From the UHGV virus genome UHGV-0342645: 59,919 bases of DNA. One strand, written 5' to 3'. The stretch's first letter is position 1. Every line of letters starts with the position of its first letter. Positions 8,965-17,618 of this stretch are shown here, in pieces. Made by a program: the position numbers and the translations under genes. A model generated the notes under the pieces. It was not told the origin of the DNA and did not search any database. It saw only the letters and a list, made by a program, of their open reading frames with translations. This DNA comes from a virus.

Positions 8965-9302
8965 TGACGAACAGTTTCTAACATAGATTTATAATCGTCA
9001 TCCCAATCATAATTCTCAACATCTTTTTGAAGTTTGGCGATCATTTCTTCAAGGCTGTTAGCTGGTAAGTAGCTTTCACCAAATGCAGCAAGACGTTTGT
9101 GATAATCGGGGCTTTGTTCATCCACCCAGCCAAATTCAGCTTCAAATGAATCACAACCCGAGCACGATCCATAAGAACCTTCACAAACCCCCAATACACC
9201 ATCTTTTCTTATCAGGGCAAGCCATTCACCCTGATAACAACCAAACTCAACAAAATCTAATACTTCGCATCCAGCAGCTTCTAATGCTAATTGATAAGAC
9301 AT
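8946..9302 (-). CDS. hypothetical protein
   Basis: 118 aa ORF. Confidence 0.45.
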   Translation of the reverse strand: MSYQLALEAAGCEVLDFVEFGCYQGEWLALIRKDGVLGVCEGSYGSCSGCDSFEAEFGWVDEQSPDYHKRLAAFGESYLPANSLEEMIAKLQKDVENYDWDDDYKSMLETVRQWQKNI

Positions 9303-9670
9303 TCTTCTTGCTCCTCTACATATTTAGTGACACATTTTTGAAAATTAAGAACGATATTTTTCTCTTTTACGGAGTGAAATTTAACACGTTCCGGGCAGAT
9401 AATCCAGCCTTCAAAACGTTGAGTAGCGTCATTCCATGCAGCACGACCATAATAGCCGCGATATGGACCTAATCGCATTGCATTTACCTCTGTAACCACA
9501 TTGCTGGAGGTGCTGGGTGTAGCGCTTACACTGGAGTCGCACATAATACCTCCTTGATGCTCTAAAAACAGGTGTGAATTGATAGAAATTGCTTGCATCC
9601 GCTTAAAGATGGTAGCTATGGAGCAGCTACAAGACGAATTATACGTTGACGACTCAGAATTTACTACCAA
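9287..9670 (-). CDS. hypothetical protein
   Basis: 127 aa ORF. Confidence 0.45.
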   Translation of the reverse strand: MVVNSESSTYNSSCSCSIATIFKRMQAISINSHLFLEHQGGIMCDSSVSATPSTSSNVVTEVNAMRLGPYRGYYGRAAWNDATQRFEGWIICPERVKFHSVKEKNIVLNFQKCVTKYVEEQEECLIN

Positions 9671-9878
9671 AATCCATATATTTGACGGTTATAGTGAATA
9701 TGCCATGTTTAATATTGTCCGTGAGATACAAATTACTATCCAATTCCTCTTTAGTGTACAGATAAGCATTACTTACTTCATCTGTAAGTCCTTGCATCGG
9801 AGCAAGCAGCCACCAACCCCTCCAGTCAAACATAGGCGATTTATCAGACACTCTTAATATATAACGTTTATTATTCAA
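9654..9878 (-). CDS. hypothetical protein
   Basis: 74 aa ORF. Confidence 0.4.
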   Translation of the reverse strand: MNNKRYILRVSDKSPMFDWRGWWLLAPMQGLTDEVSNAYLYTKEELDSNLYLTDNIKHGIFTITVKYMDFGSKF

Positions 9879-9898
9879 ACCAATACCTTGTCACCAGA

Positions 9899-9994
9899 CT
9901 AATTTCGCATTGCTAGTACAACAATTAGCACCATTAACATTGCTCCAGCTACCATACCGAGCACAAATACACTAGCTAATCCGATTAAACTCAT
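9899..9994 (-). CDS. 31-aa hydrophobic micro-protein (MSLIGLASVFVLGMVAGAMLMVLIVVLAMRN)
   Basis: Not in the ORF track (<60 aa); GGAGA RBS 9 nt upstream of the ATG; a single predicted TM helix; heads the minus-strand operon. Confidence 0.3.
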   Translation of the reverse strand: MSLIGLASVFVLGMVAGAMLMVLIVVLAMRN

Positions 9995-10281
9995 TTCAAT
10001 ATCTCCGATCAGTTTTATATCATCCATATTTTAACACTAAACCCAGTATATAGAAAGCGTGAAATACTCAAGGGTCCGTTTTTAAGGTAGGTGGGGTCAT
10101 GGATGTAGGTGGATAGTAAAGTGATGGGTGAGATTTAGACAAGGACTTACTATCAGGATGGACAGGGCACGCCCCAGCGCTCCAAGTACCTGGAAAAGGA
10201 TGGGTCGGGTTGCGCGGCTGGGCCTGCGTGGGTCGGTGTGCGCTGTGCGAGCTGTGCGCCACGCTGTGCGCCTGTTTCACC

Positions 10282-10320
10282 CGAGCTAATGCATTACCAT
10301 TGCCTATATGCATTAGCTCG
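10282..10320. repeat. perfect 13-bp-stem hairpin (CGAGCTAATGCAT-13 nt loop-ATGCATTAGCTCG) preceded by a GC-rich island with 4x CTGTGCG tandem motifs (10237-10275)
   Basis: Read directly from the sequence; local GC content is far above the genome background. Confidence 0.6.
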
Positions 10321-10340
10321 CTAGCGTGGCGCTGTGTGTG

Positions 10341-10499
10341 TTATAGCGCCGCTCCTCCTTTGCGGGCTTTACGTGCTGCATAACGCTGTTCCCTTACTTC
10401 GTTGTATTGGCGATCCCATTTAGCATCCATTACTTCGGTTACGATCAGTGCTACCAGTGGACTTACTACTGCGATAACCATCATAATTAAAATTAACAT
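10341..10499 (-). CDS. 52-aa small membrane protein (MLILIMMVIAVVSPLVALIVTEVMD...)
   Basis: Not in the ORF track (<60 aa); GGAG RBS about 10 nt upstream; hydrophobic N-terminus and basic C-terminus. Confidence 0.3.
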   Translation of the reverse strand: MLILIMMVIAVVSPLVALIVTEVMDAKWDRQYNEVREQRYAARKARKGGAAL

Positions 10500-10548
10500 T
10501 TTGTTTACTCCGTTATTTGGTTGATGTATGTAGTATCCACCAGACCGA

Positions 10549-10731
10549 TCACGATGTCCAGATGTTTTGGTCGATTAATTTTGCATAGAAGTCGCGCCCT
10601 GTCTGCATGGCTTGGGACCAGTTGGTTTCTTCCCATTCCATGCGCATAACCTGCAATAATAACGCGTGTTGTGCGCGGGTAAGTTTGTTTTTACTGGACA
10701 TAATATACCTCTGCATAGTTAAGTTAGCCAT
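10549..10731 (-). CDS. hypothetical small protein (first minus-strand gene after the divergent promoter region)
   Basis: 60 aa; AAAGGGG RBS upstream of the ATG. Confidence 0.4.
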   Translation of the reverse strand: MANLTMQRYIMSSKNKLTRAQHALLLQVMRMEWEETNWSQAMQTGRDFYAKLIDQNIWTS

Positions 10732-10798
10732 TTTGTGTACCCCTTTAAGTTAAGTTTTACTGTATTACCTTGCTATGTGTATATAGTAATGCTAGACC

Positions 10799-10827
10799 TA
10801 AAACTTGCCAAGTGTTTTTGCACTTTT
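10799..10827 (+). promoter_or_regulatory. sigma70-like promoter candidate (TTGCCA-17 nt-TATAAA) in the divergent intergenic region
   Basis: -35 at 10799-10804 and -10 at 10822-10827; AT-rich surroundings; sits between divergently oriented gene blocks. Confidence 0.35.
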
Positions 10828-10948
10828 TATAAAAATATTTTGGCACCTTTTATGCCTGCGTGTGCGTGCCCGCGCGTATAGTGCAATTCGTGTGATGTTA
10901 GTTAGGCCGTTTGTGCTAAACATGCAGGGCAAGCATAATTTTCACTAG

Positions 10949-11206
10949 ATGCAAAACAATATCAAAATAGCACTTTTGGCCTATTCAATATCACGATGCA
11001 AGGCTATTATTACTTCAACAAAGCAATACTGCTTAACCACATTAGGTAGCATCATGGAATTCAAATTAGTGGGACTCGAGTCCGGTAAAATAGCTGGTTA
11101 TGTATCTGCTCCAAGCTGGGAAGAGGCCGAAATCTTCTTAATGGGTCAGTTCGATATGTACATTAGCGAAATTTACAAAGAATACGATTTAGTCCAAATT
11201 AAGTGA
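10949..11206 (+). CDS. hypothetical protein
   Basis: 85 aa; first plus-strand ORF after the divergent region; weak RBS. Confidence 0.35.
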   Translation: MQNNIKIALLAYSISRCKAIITSTKQYCLTTLGSIMEFKLVGLESGKIAGYVSAPSWEEAEIFLMGQFDMYISEIYKEYDLVQIK

Positions 11207-11274
11207 TTTATATCTTGCCTAGTTGATACGACTGGGCAATAATAAGTCAACTTAAACAAAACGAGGATTACATC

Positions 11275-11523
11275 ATGGCTACTTCTATCGTCACCAAATT
11301 TTTGGCACCAACTAACACCAAAGGCGCACGCATTGCAGTTAAAGGTTTTGGCAAGCGCAAAGTCTATAGCTGGGACTATGCACTCGACGTAACGCTTAAC
11401 CATAAAGCAGCGGTACAGCAGTTCCTCAAAGCGTTTAACGCCGAAAACGACACCGACTATGGCATCGTTGCTTTCGCAAGCATGGATATCGCAACCGCCG
11501 ATTTCGTAGCAATCGTGCAGTAA
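11275..11523 (+). CDS. hypothetical protein
   Basis: 82 aa; GAGGA RBS upstream. Confidence 0.5.
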   Translation: MATSIVTKFLAPTNTKGARIAVKGFGKRKVYSWDYALDVTLNHKAAVQQFLKAFNAENDTDYGIVAFASMDIATADFVAIVQ

Positions 11524-11595
11524 GTTTTCTTATACACTGCTCATCATTACGGTGGGCAGTAATAAGCAAACTAACATTAACGAAAGGAGATATAC

Positions 11596-12169
11596 CATGT
11601 CTAAAGTAACTCACCGCGAACAGGACAAAATGCGCTACACCATGAAAACGAATGCACGCCGCGCCCTTAAGACCCGTTGGGGCCAGGTTGCACGCGATGC
11701 ACACGAACAGTTAATCCATCAGGACGATATCGGTTTTTACATCGTCGAAAAGGAAGTCCTTCAGGTTCTGCGCGACCATGAAAAAGCTCAAAAGCCGGAG
11801 CAGAAAGTCCCAGCACCGACCGCCGCGCCAGCTGCCCGCGTCTCGGTACTGCGCCCGATGGTAAATCCGGAAATCGTCAAAAGCTGCCTCGAAGCTCTGG
11901 AGCAGGAGGAAGAGAAAGATATGAAACACGCAAAAGCTGCCGCACCAAAACAGGATGCAAAAGCTGCTCGCTGTGATTTCAAAAATGGCGCTCGCAAGCC
12001 GCTCAAAGGAAAAACTGCCGAAGTGTGGGCAATGGGTGACAAACTTCTGAAGGAACTGGGCCGCACGCCGGAGCTGAAAGAAATGAAAGCTGCAATGCCT
12101 TCTTACAACGGGACAACTGTTGCCATTCAGTTCTACGCCTGGCGCAAATATAACGACCTGGACGCATAA
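11596..12169 (+). CDS. hypothetical protein
   Basis: Start refined to MSKVTHREQ, with AGGAGA RBS; 191 aa. Confidence 0.5.
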
Positions 12170-12209
12170 TCTATAACCACACTGTTCACTGACGGCTTCT
12201 GCGGGAGCC

Positions 12210-12545
12210 CTATTTAAGATAAAGATTTTCAATCATATCGTTTTTCGGGTCGTTAATATACTTCCCGAAGACAGCTTTCTTACCCTGCGGCCCGTGGAAC
12301 ATTTCGTACACAATACGGGTCCGTAACACTTTACGGTTTTCCCCGCCACAAATTGGAGCAAGACTAATCCTAGCTTGCAGATGAGCAGCGCATATATCCT
12401 TAGCTTCGTCACCTTTAGTTATGCCATATTTTTTAAAAGACTTCTTCCAGAATAAATCCCCGTCGCGGTATTCAAAATATTTATTCCAATTAGGTTCCTT
12501 CTTCCACCAGTGCTTTTCATAATCCCATTCAAGGCTCATAGTCAC
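12210..12545 (-). CDS. opposite-strand moron: short homing-endonuclease-like protein (resembles an N-terminal fragment of HNH_3/NUMOD-type homing endonucleases)
   Basis: 111 aa on the minus strand inside the plus-strand block, with its own strong RBS (GAGGAG); the pattern DGDLFWKKS...RIVYEMFHGP...NDPKNDMIENL resembles the DNA-binding N-terminal part of phage HNH homing endonucleases, but no catalytic HNH motif is present. Confidence 0.4.
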   Translation of the reverse strand: MTMSLEWDYEKHWWKKEPNWNKYFEYRDGDLFWKKSFKKYGITKGDEAKDICAAHLQARISLAPICGGENRKVLRTRIVYEMFHGPQGKKAVFGKYINDPKNDMIENLYLK

Positions 12546-12759
12546 TCCTCTTGATGATTTAATTTGCGCGCGCTACGTAAGACAGCCTCCTTAGACTTGT
12601 TATCGCGGCTGCGGCTACCCGTGTTACCGGACCGCTGCAATAACTCCTCTCTGCCTTAACGCAGATTATAGCTTGATATACCTTCCGATCACAATAGTTC
12701 AATAAATTTGCCTCAAAAGCACTTGACTTCTCGTTTTTGATCTGCATCCGTTCAGGTTT

Positions 12760-13230
12760 ATGAAAGTTTATAGAGTTTATATTGTGAAGTATAAACAATC
12801 ACATAATACCAATAGGTACTATATACATTAATAATAAATCCTTATTTTATATATATTTATAGTTATTATTAATATTAGTTTAATTTGGTTTATTTTAGTT
12901 AGTTGACTGAAAGTTTATAAGTTTATAGGGGTATACTCCCAACTTTTTTCAGATAATTAATAGTATAGTAGTGATAGTGGTTTTTGCACGTTTTCACTAC
13001 TACTACTAATTATTTGTTTGAAAAGGGGGTAATAAGGGGAAACCGTAAACTTATAAACTTTGCTCTGTGTAAAAATAAAAAATTAGTGAATAGTGAGATA
13101 GTGGTTCATAGTGGCAAACTTTTACAAAGCGAGTAACGACGCACTATACACATTTTGCCCACTATGTACGCCACTAAGCACTATATTAAAACAATCCTTG
13201 CAAATAGCTAATGTCTGTTTTATAGTGGCT
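12760..13230. repeat. AT-rich intergenic iteron array: about 8 copies of ATAGTG(G)/CACTAT in both orientations, plus AAAGTTTATA(A/G)AGTTTAT direct copies (12762, 12910) and an inverted copy (13043-13062)
   Basis: Read directly from the sequence; 450-bp non-coding AT-rich stretch upstream of gene 13254. Confidence 0.55.
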
Positions 13231-13253
13231 TCACCAGTTGACTAGGAGGATTT

Positions 13254-13982
13254 ATGAGCGAAGAAACTATTACGTCTAAAACTGTGGTTAAAGATTTGTG
13301 CTATGTTGCATGGGTTGCTCAAGCTTGCTCGCAGTTGCGCGGTGCACCAACCAAATCACAGGCGCTTGCTATGGTGGAGAATTACTTCAACGATGATTTG
13401 GAACAGCCAGTTAAAAAATCTGTAAGACCGAAAGCGGGAAAGCTGGATGCAGAACGGGCGACTTTTCTTGCATGGGTTAGCGATAAGCTGGGCCATGAAC
13501 TGGATGCCAAAGAGCTTCGCAGCTATACGGGCAAATTCAATTACCACACGGGCAAGGGTAACGACCCATATGAAGAAGCATTTAAGGTGAAAGAAGATAA
13601 GGGTAAGGTAGGGCGCAAGGAAAACGTCGAGCTTAAAGCATGGATAGAGCGCCAAGCTTTGCTCAAAGGGGATTCTCTGACAGATAAGGAAGCGGATAAA
13701 TTGACACATCGTTGGTACAGGATGCGCCGGAGCGGCGATATCCAGGACTGGGATAATCGCGGTCGCTGGCCTACCTGTTCCCTGCACCATTACGAAACCG
13801 CTACCGCTATCCGTGTCAAGCTTGGCGCTCATTGGGTAGACCTTGCAATATACAAGGATGCTGAGCAGGCTAAAAATATTCTTCCGAACATTGATAATTG
13901 GCTTATTAGCTTAAGACAGGGAAGGGAACCACAGGACGTTATGTTAGAAGTTGGTAACCATATTATCACAACTCCGCACTAA
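13254..13982 (+). CDS. hypothetical protein (first gene downstream of the iteron array)
   Basis: 242 aa; strong AGGAGGA RBS. Confidence 0.55.
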   Translation: MSEETITSKTVVKDLCYVAWVAQACSQLRGAPTKSQALAMVENYFNDDLEQPVKKSVRPKAGKLDAERATFLAWVSDKLGHELDAKELRSYTGKFNYHTGKGNDPYEEAFKVKEDKGKVGRKENVELKAWIERQALLKGDSLTDKEADKLTHRWYRMRRSGDIQDWDNRGRWPTCSLHHYETATAIRVKLGAHWVDLAIYKDAEQAKNILPNIDNWLISLRQGREPQDVMLEVGNHIITTPH

Positions 13983-14047
13983 TGCAAAAATAGTTGCAAA
14001 GTAAGGCGTTACTGTGTATTGTGTGGACGGTTGTAACGGAGGGTATT

Positions 14048-14251
14048 ATGGATCACGAATCGGAATTTGATTTGAACTACATAACGGCGGCGGAAATCGA
14101 AGACCGTTATGGCATATCTAAGTTTAAGATGTCGCGCATACGTGATAGCATCCCGGGCGCTATCAGAATTGCTAACCAGTACATCTACAAACGTTCCTTA
14201 GCGGTGCCCGCCCTGGAAAAGATGCAAGGCGATAAGCGTCGGAGGTCATGA
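14048..14251 (+). CDS. small putative HTH DNA-binding protein
   Basis: Start refined to MDHESEF, with GGAGGG RBS; ITAAEIEDRYGISKFKMSRIRD resembles a helix-turn-helix. Confidence 0.4.
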   Translation: MDHESEFDLNYITAAEIEDRYGISKFKMSRIRDSIPGAIRIANQYIYKRSLAVPALEKMQGDKRRRS

Positions 14252-14463
14252 TGGTACTTAGTGAAGTTGGACAAAATAAGCTTCGGGAGCAGGGTTGGTT
14301 TATTGGGCATTACATGCATTACCGCACAGCTTATATTATGGTTGCTGGGACTATTGTTTACCTTGGACATTATGAGAGCTATCTGGATGCAGAGAAAGTC
14401 ATCAACAAGACTAAGGAGCACTTATTAGTCGCCATCGGTTGCGCAATGGTTAGTTCTCAGTAA
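14248..14463 (+). CDS. hypothetical small membrane-associated protein
   Basis: 71 aa; start overlaps the upstream stop (ATGATGG). Confidence 0.4.
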   Translation: MMVLSEVGQNKLREQGWFIGHYMHYRTAYIMVAGTIVYLGHYESYLDAEKVINKTKEHLLVAIGCAMVSSQ

Positions 14464-14474
14464 AAGGATAAATC

Positions 14475-16817
14475 ATGGAACTGTTTCCCGCTGAAATTAA
14501 AGCTTTCCCACAATGGGCGGTCGCTGATGCGGATAAAAAGCCGCTTGTATGGGACAACGATATCGGACGTTTGATGGCGGCGGACGTTACCGATCCGGAT
14601 ATGCTAATGACGTTTGAAGCTGCCAAAGGTTGCGCTGCTCATTTCAATAAACCTTATATTGGCTTCGTGCTTACTGCGCAAGACCCGTTCACCTGCATCG
14701 ACCTGGATGTAAAGAACGCAACCAATGAACCTGATCCCAAGAAGCACACGACGCCGGAACAGTTGCGCCGCTTCGAACAGATTATGACCGCGTTCGATAC
14801 TTACACCGAAGTAAGTCGCTCAGGATTGGGCGTCCACCTGTGGTTAAGAGGTAACATCGGTAAAGGTCGTCGGCGTGATGGTGTCGAGGTTTATAGTCAG
14901 GAGCGTTTTATTATCTGCACGGGTAATCCTGTCTATAACAAACCAGTTGCAGAACGTGATCATTATCTTACTATGCTTGTGAATGAAATTGATCTTCAGC
15001 GCAAGACATATGAAATTGAACTGGTAGAAAAAGATCCGGTAGAAGACGACGCAACTATTCACCAGCGTGCGCTTGAAGCAGACAACGGCGATAAGTATGC
15101 ACGCCTCTTCAATGGTGAATGGGTTGAAATGGGATTCCCTTCCCAGTCTGAAGCAGATCTTGCCCTTATTTCCATGTATGCATTCTACACAGAAAGTAAT
15201 GAGCAATGTCGTCGTCTCTTCCGTTACAGTGCACTGGGCAAACGTGAGAAGGCTAATAAGAACAATGTTCATATTGACCGTTGTTTACGCATGTGTCGTG
15301 GTCGCATGGAACGTGAGCGCATTGCTCAGGAAAACGTAGCGGCGCTGGCGCGGGATTACGCTGCCCGTATGCAAGCCGCACACAGTGCAATGCAGCAGGT
15401 AACAGAAATGCCTGTAACCGTCGAAACAACACAGGGGCAGACAGTAGTTGCAGAAAGCACATCCGTTGATGCAACAGCTATTGAATGGCCGCCGGGGCTT
15501 GCTGGTGAGCTTGCTAAATATATATACAAAGCATCCGTCAGACCAGTGAAAGAAATCTCTATTGTTACCTCGCTCGGATTTATGGCTGGGGTATGCGGGA
15601 AAGTATGGCAGATCCCGCAATCCGGTCTTAATGGATATTTTGTCTTAATTGCTCGTTCTGGTGTTGGTAAAGAGACGTTGAACAGTGGGCTGTCTAATAT
15701 AGTTAGCCAGATTCAGGACCAGTTTCCGCAGATTCATAGCTTTGTATCTTTTGATAGATGCGCTTCTGGATCTGCACTGCGTAAATCTTTTGCAGACAAA
15801 CAATCTTTTATCAACCTGAATGGTGAGTTCGGTAAGATTATCAAAGCAATGGCAACGGCTCCAGCAGGCTCGCCGATGCAAAGTTTCAAGAATGACCTTA
15901 CCGATGTTTATCAAAAGTCCGGTCAGATGTCTATCGTTGGTGGTATGTCTTATTCTGATAAGGCTAATAATACTGAAGCTCAACAAGGTGTGGCATATAG
16001 CATCATGGGCGAAACGACACCGGATACGTTCTTTGAAGCATTAACCCGTGAAATGATGGAGGATGGATTCTTATCCCGTTTCCATGTTGTACGCTATGAA
16101 GGTGATCGACCGCCTTTAAACAAAAATCAGCAGACTACAATGGATCAGCATTTGAAGGACATGGTGTGCCATCTTGTTAACCACACTTTAGTAACAATGG
16201 CAAAGCATCAGAGTATTGAAGTACAGTTTAGCCCGGATGCGGAAGCATTATGCGATCAGTTTAACGATGAATGTGATCGCAATATTAACGCAACCAAAGA
16301 CGAAGCAATCCGTCAGCCGTGGAACCGTGCTCACCTGAAGGTCTTGCGACTTTCTGCCTTGTTAGCCGTGGGTGAGAACTGGATCAATCCGGTGGTACAA
16401 ACCTATCATGTGCAATGGGCTTTGGACTTCGTGCGTCATGGGCAGGATATTATTATGAAGGAATGGCATAGCGGAGGCATTGGGACTAATGATGAAGCTC
16501 GTATCCGTACTATGTGTCAGGTCTGTGTGAATTATCTAACTAAAGACTGGGTGAAAGTTAAACGTGTAGATTTGCGCAAAGAAGGTATTATCACGCGAGG
16601 GGATATTACTACGCGTCTTGCAAGTAAGTCCGCGTTTAAAAACTATCATCACGGATTATCCGCTGCAATCGAGTCTACAATCAAGGAGATGGTTGCTATG
16701 GGTGCACTTGTTCCGGTAACACGGGAGGAGACTATTAAACTGGGATTTACTGGGGTAGCTTGGCGCATTACGCAAGATGTTGAAGGAATTATGGCAAACT
16801 TAGGTGAAGAGGAATAA
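14475..16817 (+). CDS. bifunctional primase-polymerase (prim-pol) N-terminal domain fused to a D5-like P-loop helicase
   Basis: 780 aa. N-terminal FVLTAQDPFTCIDLDVK (DxD acidic motif of prim-pol domains); central Walker A ARSGVGKET; the size matches phage primase/helicases. Confidence 0.75.
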   Translation: MELFPAEIKAFPQWAVADADKKPLVWDNDIGRLMAADVTDPDMLMTFEAAKGCAAHFNKPYIGFVLTAQDPFTCIDLDVKNATNEPDPKKHTTPEQLRRFEQIMTAFDTYTEVSRSGLGVHLWLRGNIGKGRRRDGVEVYSQERFIICTGNPVYNKPVAERDHYLTMLVNEIDLQRKTYEIELVEKDPVEDDATIHQRALEADNGDKYARLFNGEWVEMGFPSQSEADLALISMYAFYTESNEQCRRLFRYSALGKREKANKNNVHIDRCLRMCRGRMERERIAQENVAALARDYAARMQAAHSAMQQVTEMPVTVETTQGQTVVAESTSVDATAIEWPPGLAGELAKYIYKASVRPVKEISIVTSLGFMAGVCGKVWQIPQSGLNGYFVLIARSGVGKETLNSGLSNIVSQIQDQFPQIHSFVSFDRCASGSALRKSFADKQSFINLNGEFGKIIKAMATAPAGSPMQSFKNDLTDVYQKSGQMSIVGGMSYSDKANNTEAQQGVAYSIMGETTPDTFFEALTREMMEDGFLSRFHVVRYEGDRPPLNKNQQTTMDQHLKDMVCHLVNHTLVTMAKHQSIEVQFSPDAEALCDQFNDECDRNINATKDEAIRQPWNRAHLKVLRLSALLAVGENWINPVVQTYHVQWALDFVRHGQDIIMKEWHSGGIGTNDEARIRTMCQVCVNYLTKDWVKVKRVDLRKEGIITRGDITTRLASKSAFKNYHHGLSAAIESTIKEMVAMGALVPVTREETIKLGFTGVAWRITQDVEGIMANLGEEE

Positions 16818-16819
16818 AT

Positions 16820-16839
16820 AAAGGGCCTTCCGGCCCTTT
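16820..16839. terminator. bidirectional hairpin between convergent genes (AAAGGGCC-TTCC-GGCCCTTT)
   Basis: Stem-loop directly after the stop at 16817 and at the end of minus gene 16838..17068. Confidence 0.4.
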
Positions 16840-17068
16840 ATTGGTAGTTAAGATAGTAATCATGGATGTCGTACCTTGCCATAATTTCGGATGCTTCCGC
16901 CGCACTTTCCGCTTCTTCATAAGCTTGCTCAGCGTCGTCATAAGTACCGTAATACATCCAACCTTCACCCATTGGACGGATATATGCTTCAAATTTGCCA
17001 GTACGCGGGTGACGTACAACTTTATAATCTGCGCCCATTGTGCTATATACTTTATTCAGCATGACCAT
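16838..17068 (-). CDS. opposite-strand moron: stand-alone AP2-type DNA-binding domain protein
   Basis: 76 aa on the minus strand with a strong RBS (ACGGAGGA). YKVVRHPRTGKFEAYIR..GW.YYGTYDDAEQAYEEAESAA matches the AP2 domain consensus (YRGV...W.A.I.......LGTF.T.EEAA.AYD.AA). Confidence 0.5.
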   Translation of the reverse strand: MVMLNKVYSTMGADYKVVRHPRTGKFEAYIRPMGEGWMYYGTYDDAEQAYEEAESAAEASEIMARYDIHDYYLNYQ

Positions 17069-17226
17069 TTTGTAATCCTCCGTTTTGCTTATGAGTTAAT
17101 AGTACAGTTAGACTGATCAGATGTAAAGGCAAATCGTGCTATTTTATAGATGCATTTCAAGTCTAAAGTTGTTGCATACATCTCAAGTCCTGCTATACTT
17201 ACAGCATAAAGTTAACGGAGGGAACA

Positions 17227-17301
17227 ATGTTCGAGCTTTTAAAATTATTTGCGGGTGCTATTTTCGTAGCTGGTTATTTCTGGTTTATGTATATATTATG
17301 A
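17227..17301 (+). CDS. 24-aa hydrophobic micro-ORF (MFELLKLFAGAIFVAGYFWFMYIL)
   Basis: Strong GGAGGG RBS 5 nt upstream; the stop overlaps the RBS of the next gene; not in the ORF track. Confidence 0.25.
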   Translation: MFELLKLFAGAIFVAGYFWFMYIL

Positions 17302-17309
17302 GGTGTGAA

Positions 17310-17618
17310 ATGAAAAAGTTAACAACCGTATTAATGTTTACGACTGCTTTTATGTTTTCTGCTAGCTGCATTAGCGCAACTAAGGATTGCCAAAAAGCGG
17401 TCACTGAGTTTCAGTCAAAGTTGCAACTTAAACGAACTGAATTGCAGACTAGCAACGACATTGCATTTTGTACAACTATTCAGCGTAAAGCTCAGCACGC
17501 AACAGTTGATGAAATTATGGAACCATTGAAAAACTTTAAAAACCCGGAACGTAAGTACTATGTGTCTATTGCCACTTATGCTTTCGTAACACGGTCTTTA
17601 GCGGAGGATTTAAAATGA
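17310..17618 (+). CDS. secreted or periplasmic small protein with N-terminal signal peptide
   Basis: Start refined to MKKLTTVLMFTTAFMFSASCISA (signal-peptide-like), with GAGGTG RBS; 102 aa. Confidence 0.5.
   Translation: MKKLTTVLMFTTAFMFSASCISATKDCQKAVTEFQSKLQLKRTELQTSNDIAFCTTIQRKAQHATVDEIMEPLKNFKNPERKYYVSIATYAFVTRSLAEDLK

Noticed and set aside
10068-10313. 81-aa minus-strand ORF spanning the GC-rich repeat and hairpin region
   Set aside because: Low-complexity (P/S/H-rich) translation produced by the GC-rich repeats, with no RBS upstream of the ATG. The DNA structure (tandem repeats plus hairpin) is the more likely functional entity.
12559-12798. 79-aa minus-strand ORF in the AT-rich intergenic region
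   Set aside because: No RBS, it lies in a repeat-rich non-coding region, and the amino-acid composition is unremarkable. Probably chance.
12760-13230. CRISPR array or mobile-element terminal inverted repeats as an explanation for the repeats
   Set aside because: The repeats are short (6-18 bp), irregularly spaced, mixed in orientation and AT-rich, with no cas genes or transposase nearby. This is more consistent with protein-binding iterons.
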